32,000 nt of DNA from Neisseria flavescens (GCF_001618065.1 NZ_LAEI01000041.1:54381-86380); one strand, 5' to 3'; counted from the first letter of the stretch, positions 8,452 through 16,526 are shown. The notes: generated from the sequence alone by a model not told the origin. Made by a program: numbers and translations.

Positions 8452-9954
8452 TCAGCCTTGCATTTGTTTGGCTTGAACGGCAGTCAGGGCGATGGTGAAG
8501 ACGATGTCTTCAATCAATGCGCCGCGGGACAAGTCGTTAACCGGTTTACGCAAGCCTTGCAGCAACGGGCCTACGCTCAGGACGTTGGCGCTGCGTTGTA
8601 CGGCTTTGTAAGTACAGTTGCCGGTATTGAGGTCTGGGAAAACCAAAACGGTTGCTTGACCGGCGACAGCGCTGCCCGGAGCTTTGGATTGGCCGATAGA
8701 TGGAACGGTAGCCGCATCGTATTGCAGCGGGCCTTCGATGGCCAAATCAGGGCGTTTCTCTTTCGCCAGTTTGGTTGCTTCGATCACTGCATCGACATCA
8801 GGGCCGCTGCCTGAGTTGATGGTAGAGTAGGAAATCATGGCTACTTTTGGATCGATACCGAAAGCTTTGGCGCTGTCGGCAGATTGGATGGCGATGTCGG
8901 CCAGTTGTTCAGGCATTGGGTTCGGATTAACCGCGCAGTCGGCAAATGCCAATACTTGGTTAGGCAGCAACATGAAGAATACGCTGGATACGAGGCTTGC
9001 ACCCGGAGCGGTTTTAATCAGTTGCAGGGCAGGACGGATGGTATTGGCAGTAGTGTGGACTGCGCCGGAAACCAAACCGTCCACGTCGTTTTGAGCCATC
9101 ATCATGGTACCCAGTACGACGGTGTCTTGCAGCTGTTTGCGTGCATCTTCAGGAGTCAGGCCTTTGGATTTGCGCAATTCGCACATCGGCTCAACGTATT
9201 GCTCAACCAAAGTAGCAGGATCAATGATTTCCAAAGAATCAGGCAGGGAGATACCGCGTTCTTTCGCTACGGCTTCAACTTCTTCGCGGGTAGCCAACAG
9301 TACGCAACGGGCGATGCCTTTTTCGTGACAGATAGCGGCGGCAGCGACGGTGCGTGGTTCTGCGCCTTCAGGCAGAACGATGCGCATATCGGCTTTGCGT
9401 GCGAAATCGATCAGGTTGTAACGGAATTGAGCTGGAGACAGGCGTTTGGCTTCGCGTTTGGCCAAAGCGGATACATCTTGCAGTTTGTCGCTGGAGCCGA
9501 AGAAAGTCAGGCCGGTTTGCTCGGCAACTTGTGCGCCTAAAGCGGCTGCTGCGCCGTCAATGATAAAGCCTTCCAATAAGCCCGGGGAGTTGGTGTAGAG
9601 CTGTTTGGTGAGGTTTAATTGTTGGGCGACGGTGGCTGCGTCGGTGTTGTCGGATTTCAGCGCCAATACAACGCCTGCGTCCAAAGACAACGCCAATTCG
9701 ATGTTTTTGCCTGCCAAGAACAATTTGTCTGCATCAGGAGTGATGCCTTCGATAACGAGGTTATCTGCATTCAATGCTGCAACTTTACCGACAAGTGCGT
9801 CAAACCAGTCGTCGCTCTTGCCTTGAGCCAACAGGGCTTCTGTAGTGGAGTCAACGGCTTGGAAAACTTGTGCATTTAATGCCGCTGCGAATGCTTTTGC
9901 CGCTGCATCGGCGCTCAGGCCGGTAGATACCGGTGCGATCAGGATTTTTGCCAT
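8452..9954 (-). CDS. pta: Phosphate acetyltransferase Pta with a short N-terminal domain
   Basis: C-terminal PTA_PTB domain (IVLPEG..., ...[10 protein letters not shown]...). Start moved to the ATG at 9954 (MAKILIAPV), which follows the agagagga RBS. Confidence 0.9.
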   Translation of the reverse strand: MAKILIAPVSTGLSADAAAKAFAAALNAQVFQAVDSTTEALLAQGKSDDWFDALVGKVAALNADNLVIEGITPDADKLFLAGKNIELALSLDAGVVLALKSDNTDAATVAQQLNLTKQLYTNSPGLLEGFIIDGAAAALGAQVAEQTGLTFFGSSDKLQDVSALAKREAKRLSPAQFRYNLIDFARKADMRIVLPEGAEPRTVAAAAICHEKGIARCVLLATREEVEAVAKERGISLPDSLEIIDPATLVEQYVEPMCELRKSKGLTPEDARKQLQDTVVLGTMMMAQNDVDGLVSGAVHTTANTIRPALQLIKTAPGASLVSSVFFMLLPNQVLAFADCAVNPNPMPEQLADIAIQSADSAKAFGIDPKVAMISYSTINSGSGPDVDAVIEATKLAKEKRPDLAIEGPLQYDAATVPSIGQSKAPGSAVAGQATVLVFPDLNTGNCTYKAVQRSANVLSVGPLLQGLRKPVNDLSRGALIEDIVFTIALTAVQAKQMQG

Positions 9955-10102
9955 TTTGTGTCCTCTCTTTCGGTGATTGTAGAAGGGTGTTGCTGGGGCG
10001 CAGCTGGTGCTGCATTTTATCACTTTGGGATAACATATACACGGTCATATTGACATATGTCATCAGGCCGTCTGAAAAGTATAAACGCAATGGACCAAGT
10101 CC

Positions 10103-10168
10103 ATCAATCCCCAATTGCCGCCAAAAGCTCGGCTTGATGTTCGGCAATCAGGGCATCATGATTTTCTC
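10103..10168 (-). pseudogene. Orphan remnant of the prfA 3' end (last ~17-21 codons plus stop)
   Basis: 10103-10156 aligns to 11973-12026 with 3 mismatches. Weaker similarity, with a 1-nt indel, continues to about 10168/12039. On the minus strand it reads ..[16 protein letters not shown], against ..[16 protein letters not shown] in the intact prfA. Confidence 0.75.
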
Positions 10169-10384
10169 TAAAAGTATCAGTTTACATATTTACTCAAAAT
10201 AAATATTTTTTAATTTTAAAAAAGATCGCACTATTTTAAATATACTGTTCATAGGGGAAATTCTGGTATTCAGGTAATTTAGAAATGGAGATCAGTGATT
10301 GAAGGTTAAGTCATAATTTTTGGAAGTATTAGAGTATCAGTAAAATAGAAATGAGTAAGACAAAGTTTGATTAATTCATTGGGA

Positions 10385-10418
10385 AAGGCCATCTGAAATT
10401 TTTGTTTCAGATGGCCTT
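10385..10418. terminator. Variant-DUS hairpin terminator after the DUF805 gene
   Basis: aaGGCCATCTGAAa-tttttg-tTTCAGATGGCCtt. Both arms carry the same variant (GCCATCTGAA), so pairing is kept. Confidence 0.6.
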
Positions 10419-10429
10419 ACTCTAGAAGG

Positions 10430-11065
10430 TTAGTTTTCAGGCATACTACCCCATTGATTATCCCCATTGAAGGATGGTTGGCACATCAAAACAATTAGCC
10501 AGATTGGGCCAATAATAGGAATAAGTATAATGAGAAACCACCAACCTGATTTTCCTATATCATGGAGACGGCGAATAACGACAGATAAAGATGGAATAAT
10601 TACAGCTAGAGCAAATAGGTAATATAGGAGGAAGAAAATATCTCCAAGACTTCTGCTAATTTCAGACATTATTATTGCGACAATAAAAATGGAAAAATCT
10701 GCAATTATTCTAAAGAGTGTATATCCCCAAAATTCTCGTTTGGATGCTCTCCCTGAAAATTGTGCATAACGTTTAGATAGCGTTTCCAAAAATAAGGCAA
10801 ACAGTGATAATTGTCCATTTTCATTTCTGGATTGCGCCACAGTATTGAATGCATTTACGACATTATTAGATGAACTGCTATTTAGTGCCTTGTAAATACC
10901 AATAGCCTGACCATCTCCATTAATATCAAAATCAACATTCATGCCTCGAGTAGGAATGTTTTGTTCTTTCCATTCTTCGCTTTTAAATGGATAACGCTTA
11001 CCATCCTCCCCGTTGATCAGACCACCACCGTTTTGAATTGAAAAGTCTAAAATTTGTCCCTTCAT
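10430..11065 (-). CDS. Membrane protein: N-terminal cold-shock-like beta-barrel fused to a DUF805 (YhaH/YhaI family) domain
   Basis: DUF805 signatures FSGRASKREFWGY and RRLHDIGKSGWW..IPIIGPIWL....C.P...G.N.WG, with 3-4 hydrophobic helices. N-terminal 60 aa: GQILDFSIQNGGGLINGEDGKRYPF...GMNVDFDI. ATG at 11065 with the aggag RBS; the track GTG at 11074 lies inside that RBS. Confidence 0.8.
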   Translation of the reverse strand: MKGQILDFSIQNGGGLINGEDGKRYPFKSEEWKEQNIPTRGMNVDFDINGDGQAIGIYKALNSSSSNNVVNAFNTVAQSRNENGQLSLFALFLETLSKRYAQFSGRASKREFWGYTLFRIIADFSIFIVAIIMSEISRSLGDIFFLLYYLFALAVIIPSLSVVIRRLHDIGKSGWWFLIILIPIIGPIWLIVLMCQPSFNGDNQWGSMPEN

Positions 11066-11083
11066 TTGTATCACTCCTAATAT

Positions 11084-11392
11084 TTAATTGATTTCTAAGT
11101 AGAAACTACTTTTATCTTTATTCTGCCATTTAATTGAGTAAGTGATGTTTTCACTTCCTTTTGTTGTGGTCAATTTGGCAGAACATACTCTTATTTCGGC
11201 ATCATGATTAACGGCAGTTTCTTCCACATCATCCAATGAAACAAATTGACCTAAAAGAAATGAGCGTTGGTTAATGATTTTTTTAACCAAATCTTCTGCA
11301 TCACTTGAACCGCATGAAGGTAAGCCCCCCATACAACCAGTTAATAACATTACTGGTAAAATCCCAGCAAAGAGATAGTGTTTAATTTTCAT
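11084..11392 (-). CDS. Small lipoprotein of unknown function
   Basis: Signal peptide plus canonical lipobox LLTGC. RBS gaggtg. 18 nt upstream of the DUF805 gene, so the two are likely co-transcribed. Confidence 0.7.
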   Translation of the reverse strand: MKIKHYLFAGILPVMLLTGCMGGLPSCGSSDAEDLVKKIINQRSFLLGQFVSLDDVEETAVNHDAEIRVCSAKLTTTKGSENITYSIKWQNKDKSSFYLEIN

Positions 11393-11430
11393 TTGGTCAC
11401 CTCAAGATTTAAAGTTTCATAAAAATGGAA

Positions 11431-11489
11431 AAGTACAGTAAAACTGTATGAAGTATTGCATTTAAGTATTTTTATGTCAAGAAGTACAG
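11431..11489. promoter_or_regulatory. Divergent promoter region with candidate operator repeats
   Basis: Palindrome TACAG-taaaa-CTGTA at 11434-11448. The octamer AAGTACAG is repeated at 11431-11438 and 11482-11489. The region lies between the divergent lipoprotein and XRE genes. Confidence 0.45.
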
Positions 11490-11533
11490 CAATACAATTT
11501 CAATTGAATCTATTTCTCTCTAATATCTTTTGC

Positions 11534-11872
11534 ATGAATATAAGTCGTGCAATTAGATTTTTGAGAAAACAAAAAGGTTGGACACAGCAGCAACTTGCTG
11601 ATTTTGCAAATACTTCGAAAAGTAATATCTCCAATCTTGAGAATGGTAATCAAGGATACAGTGAGGCTATCTTAAAATATCTTGCTGATGCATTGGGATG
11701 CCGTGTTTCGTCTATTTTTCTGCTAGCAGAATACTTGGAAAGACAGCAAAACAATACATTAAAGGATTTAGAAGAAATGCCGGTCGAACTGATTTTTTTA
11801 CAACTTCCTGAACCTTTACAACAGTCTTTTAAATTATTGATGATCCAGACCTTGGAGCAAATCTCAAAATAA
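11534..11872 (+). CDS. XRE (Cro/CI-type) helix-turn-helix transcriptional regulator
   Basis: HTH_3 pattern LRKQKGWTQQQLADFANTSKSNISNLENGN. ATG at 11534 (MNISRAIRFL). The upstream 26 codons in the track begin at a TTG and look non-coding. Confidence 0.8.
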   Translation: MNISRAIRFLRKQKGWTQQQLADFANTSKSNISNLENGNQGYSEAILKYLADALGCRVSSIFLLAEYLERQQNNTLKDLEEMPVELIFLQLPEPLQQSFKLLMIQTLEQISK

Positions 11873-11904
11873 ATACTGTTTTATAGGTTTGTTTGTTTTT
11901 AAAT

Positions 11905-11940
11905 AAAATCCGTCTGAAATTTACATTTCAGACGGATTTT
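11905..11940. terminator. Variant-DUS hairpin between convergent XRE gene and prfA
   Basis: aaaaTCCGTCTGAAat-ttac-atTTCAGACGGAtttt. Both arms lack the leading GC of the canonical DUS. Confidence 0.65.
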
Positions 11941-11972
11941 ATATTGGTAATGATGATCAGAGTGAGGCAAAT

Positions 11973-12039
11973 ATCAATCCCTCATTGCCGCCAAAAGCTC
12001 GGCTTGATGCTCGGCAATCAGGGCATTGGTGATTTCTTC
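11973..12039. repeat. Direct repeat partner of 10103-10168 (the functional prfA 3' end)
   Basis: See the pseudogene feature. The two copies are offset by 1870 nt. Confidence 0.75.
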
Positions 12040-13050
12040 CAAGTCGCCGTCCATCACAAAATCCAGTTTGTGCAGGGTAAGGTTGATGCGGTGGTCGGTC
12101 ACGCGGCCTTGCGGGTAGTTGTAGGTGCGGATGCGTTCGCTGCGGTCGCCGCTGCCAATTAGGGATTTGCGTTCGGCGGCTTCTTTGGCTTGTGCTTCGC
12201 GTTTTTGCGCGTCGTTTAAGCGGGCGGCGAGGACTTTCATCGCCTGTGCTTTGTTGGCATGTTGGCTGCGGCCGTCTTGGCATTCGACCACCATGCCTGT
12301 CGGCAAGTGGGTAATGCGGACGGCGGAGTCGGTTTTGTTGATGTGCTGACCACCAGCACCGGATGCGCGGAAGGTGTCGATGCGCAGGTCGGCCGGGTTC
12401 AGTTCAATGTCTTCCAGTTCGTTTGCTTCGGGCATGACGGCAACGGTACAGGCAGAGGTGTGGATACGGCCTTGGCTTTCGGTGGCAGGAACGCGTTGTA
12501 CGCGGTGGCCGCCGGATTCAAATTTCAGACGGCTGTATGCGCCCAAGCCGATAATGCGGGCGATGACTTCTTTATAGCCACCTAATTCGCTTTCGTTTGC
12601 GGAAACGATTTCAACCTGCCAGCGGTTGCGCTCGGCGTAGCGGCTGTACATACGCAGTAAATCACCTGCAAACAGCGCGGCTTCGTCGCCGCCCGTTCCG
12701 GCGCGCACTTCGATGAAGATGTTTTTGTCGTCGTCGGCATCTTTTGGCAATAGCAGTTTTTGCAATTCGGTATCGAGCGTGTCGATTTTGGCTTTGGCCG
12801 CTTCGATTTCTTCGGCGGCAAAGTCTTTCATTTCGGGGTCGGACAGCATTTCTTCGGCATCTGCCAAGTCGCTTTGCGCCAGCTGATAGTTTTGGAAGAC
12901 TTCGACTACGGGGGTCAGTTCGGCGTGTTCGCGTGTGAGTTTGCGGTAGTTGTCCATGTCGGACGTGGCTTCAGGCTGACCGAGCAGGTGCGTGACTTCT
13001 TCCAGTCGGTCGCTGAGTTGTTGTAGTTTTTCTAAGATAGACGGCTTCAT
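11974..13050 (-). CDS. prfA: Peptide chain release factor 1
   Basis: GGQ motif ([10 protein letters not shown]) and PxT-type decoding region ([10 protein letters not shown]). Start moved to the ATG at 13050 ([10 protein letters not shown]). Confidence 0.95.
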   Translation of the reverse strand: MKPSILEKLQQLSDRLEEVTHLLGQPEATSDMDNYRKLTREHAELTPVVEVFQNYQLAQSDLADAEEMLSDPEMKDFAAEEIEAAKAKIDTLDTELQKLLLPKDADDDKNIFIEVRAGTGGDEAALFAGDLLRMYSRYAERNRWQVEIVSANESELGGYKEVIARIIGLGAYSRLKFESGGHRVQRVPATESQGRIHTSACTVAVMPEANELEDIELNPADLRIDTFRASGAGGQHINKTDSAVRITHLPTGMVVECQDGRSQHANKAQAMKVLAARLNDAQKREAQAKEAAERKSLIGSGDRSERIRTYNYPQGRVTDHRINLTLHKLDFVMDGDLEEITNALIAEHQAELLAAMRD

Positions 13051-13152
13051 AAATTTTCCAAAATACGGATGCCGTCGAGTGGTCTGCAACGGCGAAATAA
13101 GGAGTCATTATAATGGGTTTGAATGAAAATTCAAAAAGATATGATGGATTGG

Positions 13153-13196
13153 AAAGGCCGTCTGAAACCTGTTTTTAAGTTTCAGACGGCCTTTTT
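13153..13196. terminator. DUS inverted-repeat hairpin downstream of the NRAMP-fold gene
   Basis: aaaGGCCGTCTGAAac-(10 nt)-gtTTCAGACGGCCttttt. Confidence 0.55.
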
Positions 13197-13205
13197 CATA
13201 TGGGC

Positions 13206-14474
13206 TTATTTAGGAGCAGCCAAGATGCCTGTTTGGTTCAGCAGGAACAAAACGGTAAAGCCGGTTAAGTAAATCAAACCGATAATGGCAAGGAAATTCA
13301 TGCCCATGGTCAGTTTGTGGCGTTTGTCGCCTTTGACGAGGCGGTAGTTCAGCCAAGCGAACACAGGGGCGGCAACGAAGGCGGTGATCATGGCGAATTT
13401 GAGCAGTTCCGCCATCGCGCTGTTGAACCAGAAAATTACGGCCAAGCCTGAGCCTGCAACCCAGATGTTCCAAGCAAACAATTCGACATTGCCGGTTTTG
13501 TCTTTGCCGCGCAGCAGGCGTACCGGTTCGGCAATCGCGCGCGCGTAGCCGTCCACTACGGTAATGGTGGTGCCGTACATGCAGGCGAAAGCAATAAATG
13601 CCACTAATGGACGAGACCAGTCGCCGATGGTAACGGCGTACATATTAATCAGTTGGCCAACATATTTGCCGCCCGCCATTTGCACTTCCTCGCCGTTGCC
13701 GTATTGTACATATGCACCCAAGGCGAGGAAAACGACCGCCAAAATCGCGCTGGTAATGTAGCCGACGTTGAAGTCGAAAATACCGTCGCGGTAGCTGGAA
13801 GGGTTGATGCGTTGTTTTTCGGTAACCCACAAAGAGTTGATGGCGGAAATTTCAATCGGTGCAGGCATCCAGCCCATCAGCGCGATGAGGAAGCCCAAGC
13901 CTGCTAGTGTCCACGGGGTAGGCTCGATAAAGTCGGGTTTCATCTGCATGCCGCGAGACATGGCCACGGCTGCTGCGGCGACGGTGGCAATGGTCAGGCT
14001 GACGATGATGATTTTGGAAACGTTGTCCAATGCTTTATAGCGGCCACTTGCCAAAATCAGCAGGCAGGAAACCATAATCATGACGGACACCATGCCGGCA
14101 TCGAAAGTCAGCGACGGGATCGCCATTTTGACGATGGCGGCGGTAACGATGGCGACTGCACCGGCATTAATCGTTGCTGATGCAATACATAAAATCAAAA
14201 ATACCCACAAATAAACGCGGCTTTTTTCGGCATAGCCCTCAATCAGGCTTTTGCCCGTGTCCAGCGTGTAATGTGCGCTGAAGCGGAAAAACGGGTATTT
14301 GAACAGGTTGGTCAGAATGATAATCAGCGCAAGCTGCCAGCCGTAAAGTGCGCCTGCCTGCGTGGAGGCAATCAGGTGCGAGCCGCCGACTGCCGCCGAA
14401 GCCATCATGATACCCGGGCCGAGGGCATTAATTTTGCTTTTCCAAGTAGAGGAGTGTGTATGTTGTTCTGCCAT
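13206..14474 (-). CDS. NRAMP/SLC11-fold transporter with a non-canonical TM1 motif
   Basis: 422 aa, about 11 TM helices. GPGIMMASAAVGGSHLIASTQAGALYGWQL aligns by eye to the MntH TM1 region GP....IDPGN....QAGA.fGYqL. TM6 is GWMPAPI, against the canonical MPH. Confidence 0.8.
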   Translation of the reverse strand: MAEQHTHSSTWKSKINALGPGIMMASAAVGGSHLIASTQAGALYGWQLALIIILTNLFKYPFFRFSAHYTLDTGKSLIEGYAEKSRVYLWVFLILCIASATINAGAVAIVTAAIVKMAIPSLTFDAGMVSVMIMVSCLLILASGRYKALDNVSKIIIVSLTIATVAAAAVAMSRGMQMKPDFIEPTPWTLAGLGFLIALMGWMPAPIEISAINSLWVTEKQRINPSSYRDGIFDFNVGYITSAILAVVFLALGAYVQYGNGEEVQMAGGKYVGQLINMYAVTIGDWSRPLVAFIAFACMYGTTITVVDGYARAIAEPVRLLRGKDKTGNVELFAWNIWVAGSGLAVIFWFNSAMAELLKFAMITAFVAAPVFAWLNYRLVKGDKRHKLTMGMNFLAIIGLIYLTGFTVLFLLNQTGILAAPK

Positions 14475-14761
14475 AAGTATTTTCCGCCTGTTTCAGACGG
14501 CCTTATTATCAAAAAAAAGCATATTTTAACGTAAATAAAAAGTTTGCCCAATAATATGCGTAATACTTTTTATCAATCAAGTGGAAAATACGGCTTGAAA
14601 AAGCTGAAATGGTGCAATGAACGATATTTTGTGCCAAAAACATTTTTTCAGACGGCCTTGTATCGCTTTTTATTCATGAATATGGGGTAGGGGAGGCAGA
14701 GTGTGTTGGTTTGGAAACGAAATGGTAGGGAAAGGCTTTTTGATGCCTTGAGGTCGGCATA

Positions 14762-15529
14762 TTAAGGGGAAGTATGGAGCAGGGAATCCACGTTTTGCTC
14801 GGTGATTTCAGCCAGTTGTACCAGTGGTACGTCGCGCAATTCGGCGGCAATTTCGGCGATACGGCGGATGTTGGCTGGTGTATTGGTTTCATGGCCGAGC
14901 ATAAAAGGGCTGTCGGTTTCGAGAACAAAATCCGTGTCGTCTAAGGCTTGTAAGGCGGCACGGACTTTTTTTGCATTGGGATTGAGCAGCAGCGAGCCTA
15001 TGCCGATTTTGAAGCCGAGTTTCACCAAAATCCGTGCTTCTTCTACGCTGCCGGAGAAGGCGTGAACGATACCGCCTCGTGTGAAACCGGCGGTTTTGAC
15101 GGCGGCGGCAATAGCGGCAGAGGCTTTCAGATTATGGATGATGACGCGGCGGTTGAGGTTTTGGGCGAGGATGAGTTGGCGGATAAAGACGTCGGTTTGC
15201 GTGTCGCGTTGCGCTTGGGTTTGCTCTTTGCCATAAAAATCCAAGCCGATTTCGCCAACCCATGCTTGCGGATGCCGGATTAATTCGGACTCTAATTCTT
15301 GGAATGCCGCCTCGTTAAGGCCGTCTGAAAACCACGGATGAATGCCCAAAGCGATATGGATGTTTTCAGACGGCCTTTCCAGCTGCGCAACTGCCCGCCA
15401 ATCTTTGGGGGATGTAGCCGGTACGATAAAACGCGCCACGCCGGCGGCTTGCGCTTCGGTAAGCACGGCAGGCAGCGTATCGGCAAGTTTGGGGTCGGCA
15501 AGATGGCAGTGGGTGTCGGTGAAAGTCAT
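14762..15529 (-). CDS. tatD: TatD family metal-dependent hydrolase/DNase
   Basis: N-terminal DTHCHL motif and conserved His/Asp/Glu pattern; 255 aa. 13 nt downstream of ansA. Confidence 0.85.
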   Translation of the reverse strand: MTFTDTHCHLADPKLADTLPAVLTEAQAAGVARFIVPATSPKDWRAVAQLERPSENIHIALGIHPWFSDGLNEAAFQELESELIRHPQAWVGEIGLDFYGKEQTQAQRDTQTDVFIRQLILAQNLNRRVIIHNLKASAAIAAAVKTAGFTRGGIVHAFSGSVEEARILVKLGFKIGIGSLLLNPNAKKVRAALQALDDTDFVLETDSPFMLGHETNTPANIRRIAEIAAELRDVPLVQLAEITEQNVDSLLHTSP

Positions 15530-15542
15530 ATTTAATGGCGGT

Positions 15543-16526
15543 TTACAGCAGATTTAATTGTCGCAATTCCTGTTGCACCTTATCCGCATTCCAGTCATGA
15601 GATACGGCAAAGGTCATCAATGCAGTGGCGGTTTCAAGGTTGCATTTGCCGCCGTTGATGATACCTGCCTGACGCAAAGCATCGCCTTGGGCATAGACGG
15701 CGGCGGCGCAACCTTGCGGCACTTGGCTGATGTTGAGCAGCAATTTTCCTTGTTGCGTAAAGGCTTGGACGGATCGGACAAACGCATCGTTGCTTGGCGC
15801 ATTTCCGTGGCCGTAGCTTTGCAGGATTAGGGCTTGGGCGGAAAGATAGGGCAGGCTGTCTGAAAGTTCTTGTGCGGCATAACCGGGAATCAGCGTGCGG
15901 ACGGAAACTTTGGCTTCAGGATTTGGAAGACGCGGTTTGAGGCCGTCTGAATGTTGGGTCGGGGCGGTACGAATATTGTGCCAACCTTTGTTTTCATCCC
16001 ATTCTGCGAGTGCGCCAAAATGCAGGTTGTCAAAACCTGCGGCGGTCTCGGTGCTGACCTTGCTGCTGCCGACGGCGGGGAAGAGTTTGCCGTCAAAGGC
16101 AATGGCCACTTGTTTGAGCTTGAGCGAGAAGGCGGAAACGGCGGTGGCAAGGTTGCGCGGCGCATCGCTGTTGGCGGCATCGTAAGGCCATTGTGAGCCG
16201 GTCAGGATAACGGGTTTGTCCAAGCCTTGCAGCGAAAGGGCGAAGAGGTTGGCGGTGTATGCCATGGTATCCGTGCCGTGCAGCACCAAGATGCCGTCAT
16301 AGTCAGGCAGTTTGGCAATAATAAGCTCCAGCCAGTCGCGTTGGTTTTGCAGCGTTACTGCGGACGAATCGATGAGCGGCTGGCAAACGTGCCATTCGAA
16401 ATCAAGGCCGTCTGAAAAGGGGGCAAGGGCTTTATCGACGAGCGCGGTGTCGGGGCGCAGGCCGGCGCTGCTTTGGGTCATGCCGATGGTGCCGCCGGTG
16501 TAGAGGACGAAGATTTTTTGTTTCAT
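15543..16526 (-). CDS. ansA: L-asparaginase, type I (cytoplasmic)
   Basis: N-terminal VLYTGGTIGM active-site motif and HGTDTM motif; 327 aa. Confidence 0.88.
   Translation of the reverse strand: MKQKIFVLYTGGTIGMTQSSAGLRPDTALVDKALAPFSDGLDFEWHVCQPLIDSSAVTLQNQRDWLELIIAKLPDYDGILVLHGTDTMAYTANLFALSLQGLDKPVILTGSQWPYDAANSDAPRNLATAVSAFSLKLKQVAIAFDGKLFPAVGSSKVSTETAAGFDNLHFGALAEWDENKGWHNIRTAPTQHSDGLKPRLPNPEAKVSVRTLIPGYAAQELSDSLPYLSAQALILQSYGHGNAPSNDAFVRSVQAFTQQGKLLLNISQVPQGCAAAVYAQGDALRQAGIINGGKCNLETATALMTFAVSHDWNADKVQQELRQLNLL

Larger units (their letters stand above)
10169..11972. mobile_element. Horizontally acquired AT-rich three-gene cassette with no recombinase gene
   Basis: About one third G+C by eye, against more than half in the flanking pta and prfA. 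No canonical DUS 10-mer inside. Bounded by the duplicated prfA 3' end. Confidence 0.6.

Noticed and set aside
8884-9540. Other overlapping antisense or out-of-frame ORFs of 60-220 aa inside clpX, pbpG, mutY, adh, trmA, pta, prfA, the NRAMP-fold gene, ansA, asmA and prmB
   Set aside because: All are nested within well-supported genes. They lack RBSs and give low-complexity, Arg/Gly/Ala-rich translations typical of shadow frames.
10169-10384. Searched the non-coding left part of the cassette for a dif/Xer site, integrase remnant or inverted terminal repeats
   Set aside because: Only AT-rich sequence with trivial short repeats (agtatcagt twice) was found. Nothing resembles the XerC/XerD dif core, and no ORF is longer than a few codons.
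14475-14761. Possible metal riboswitch or small gene (84-aa ORF at 14674-14928) in the leader region of the NRAMP-fold gene
   Set aside because: I could not recognise a conserved riboswitch core such as the yybP-ykoY motifs. The 84-aa ORF overlaps the tatD 3' end in another frame and has no RBS. A covariance-model scan (Rfam) would be needed to exclude a riboswitch fully.
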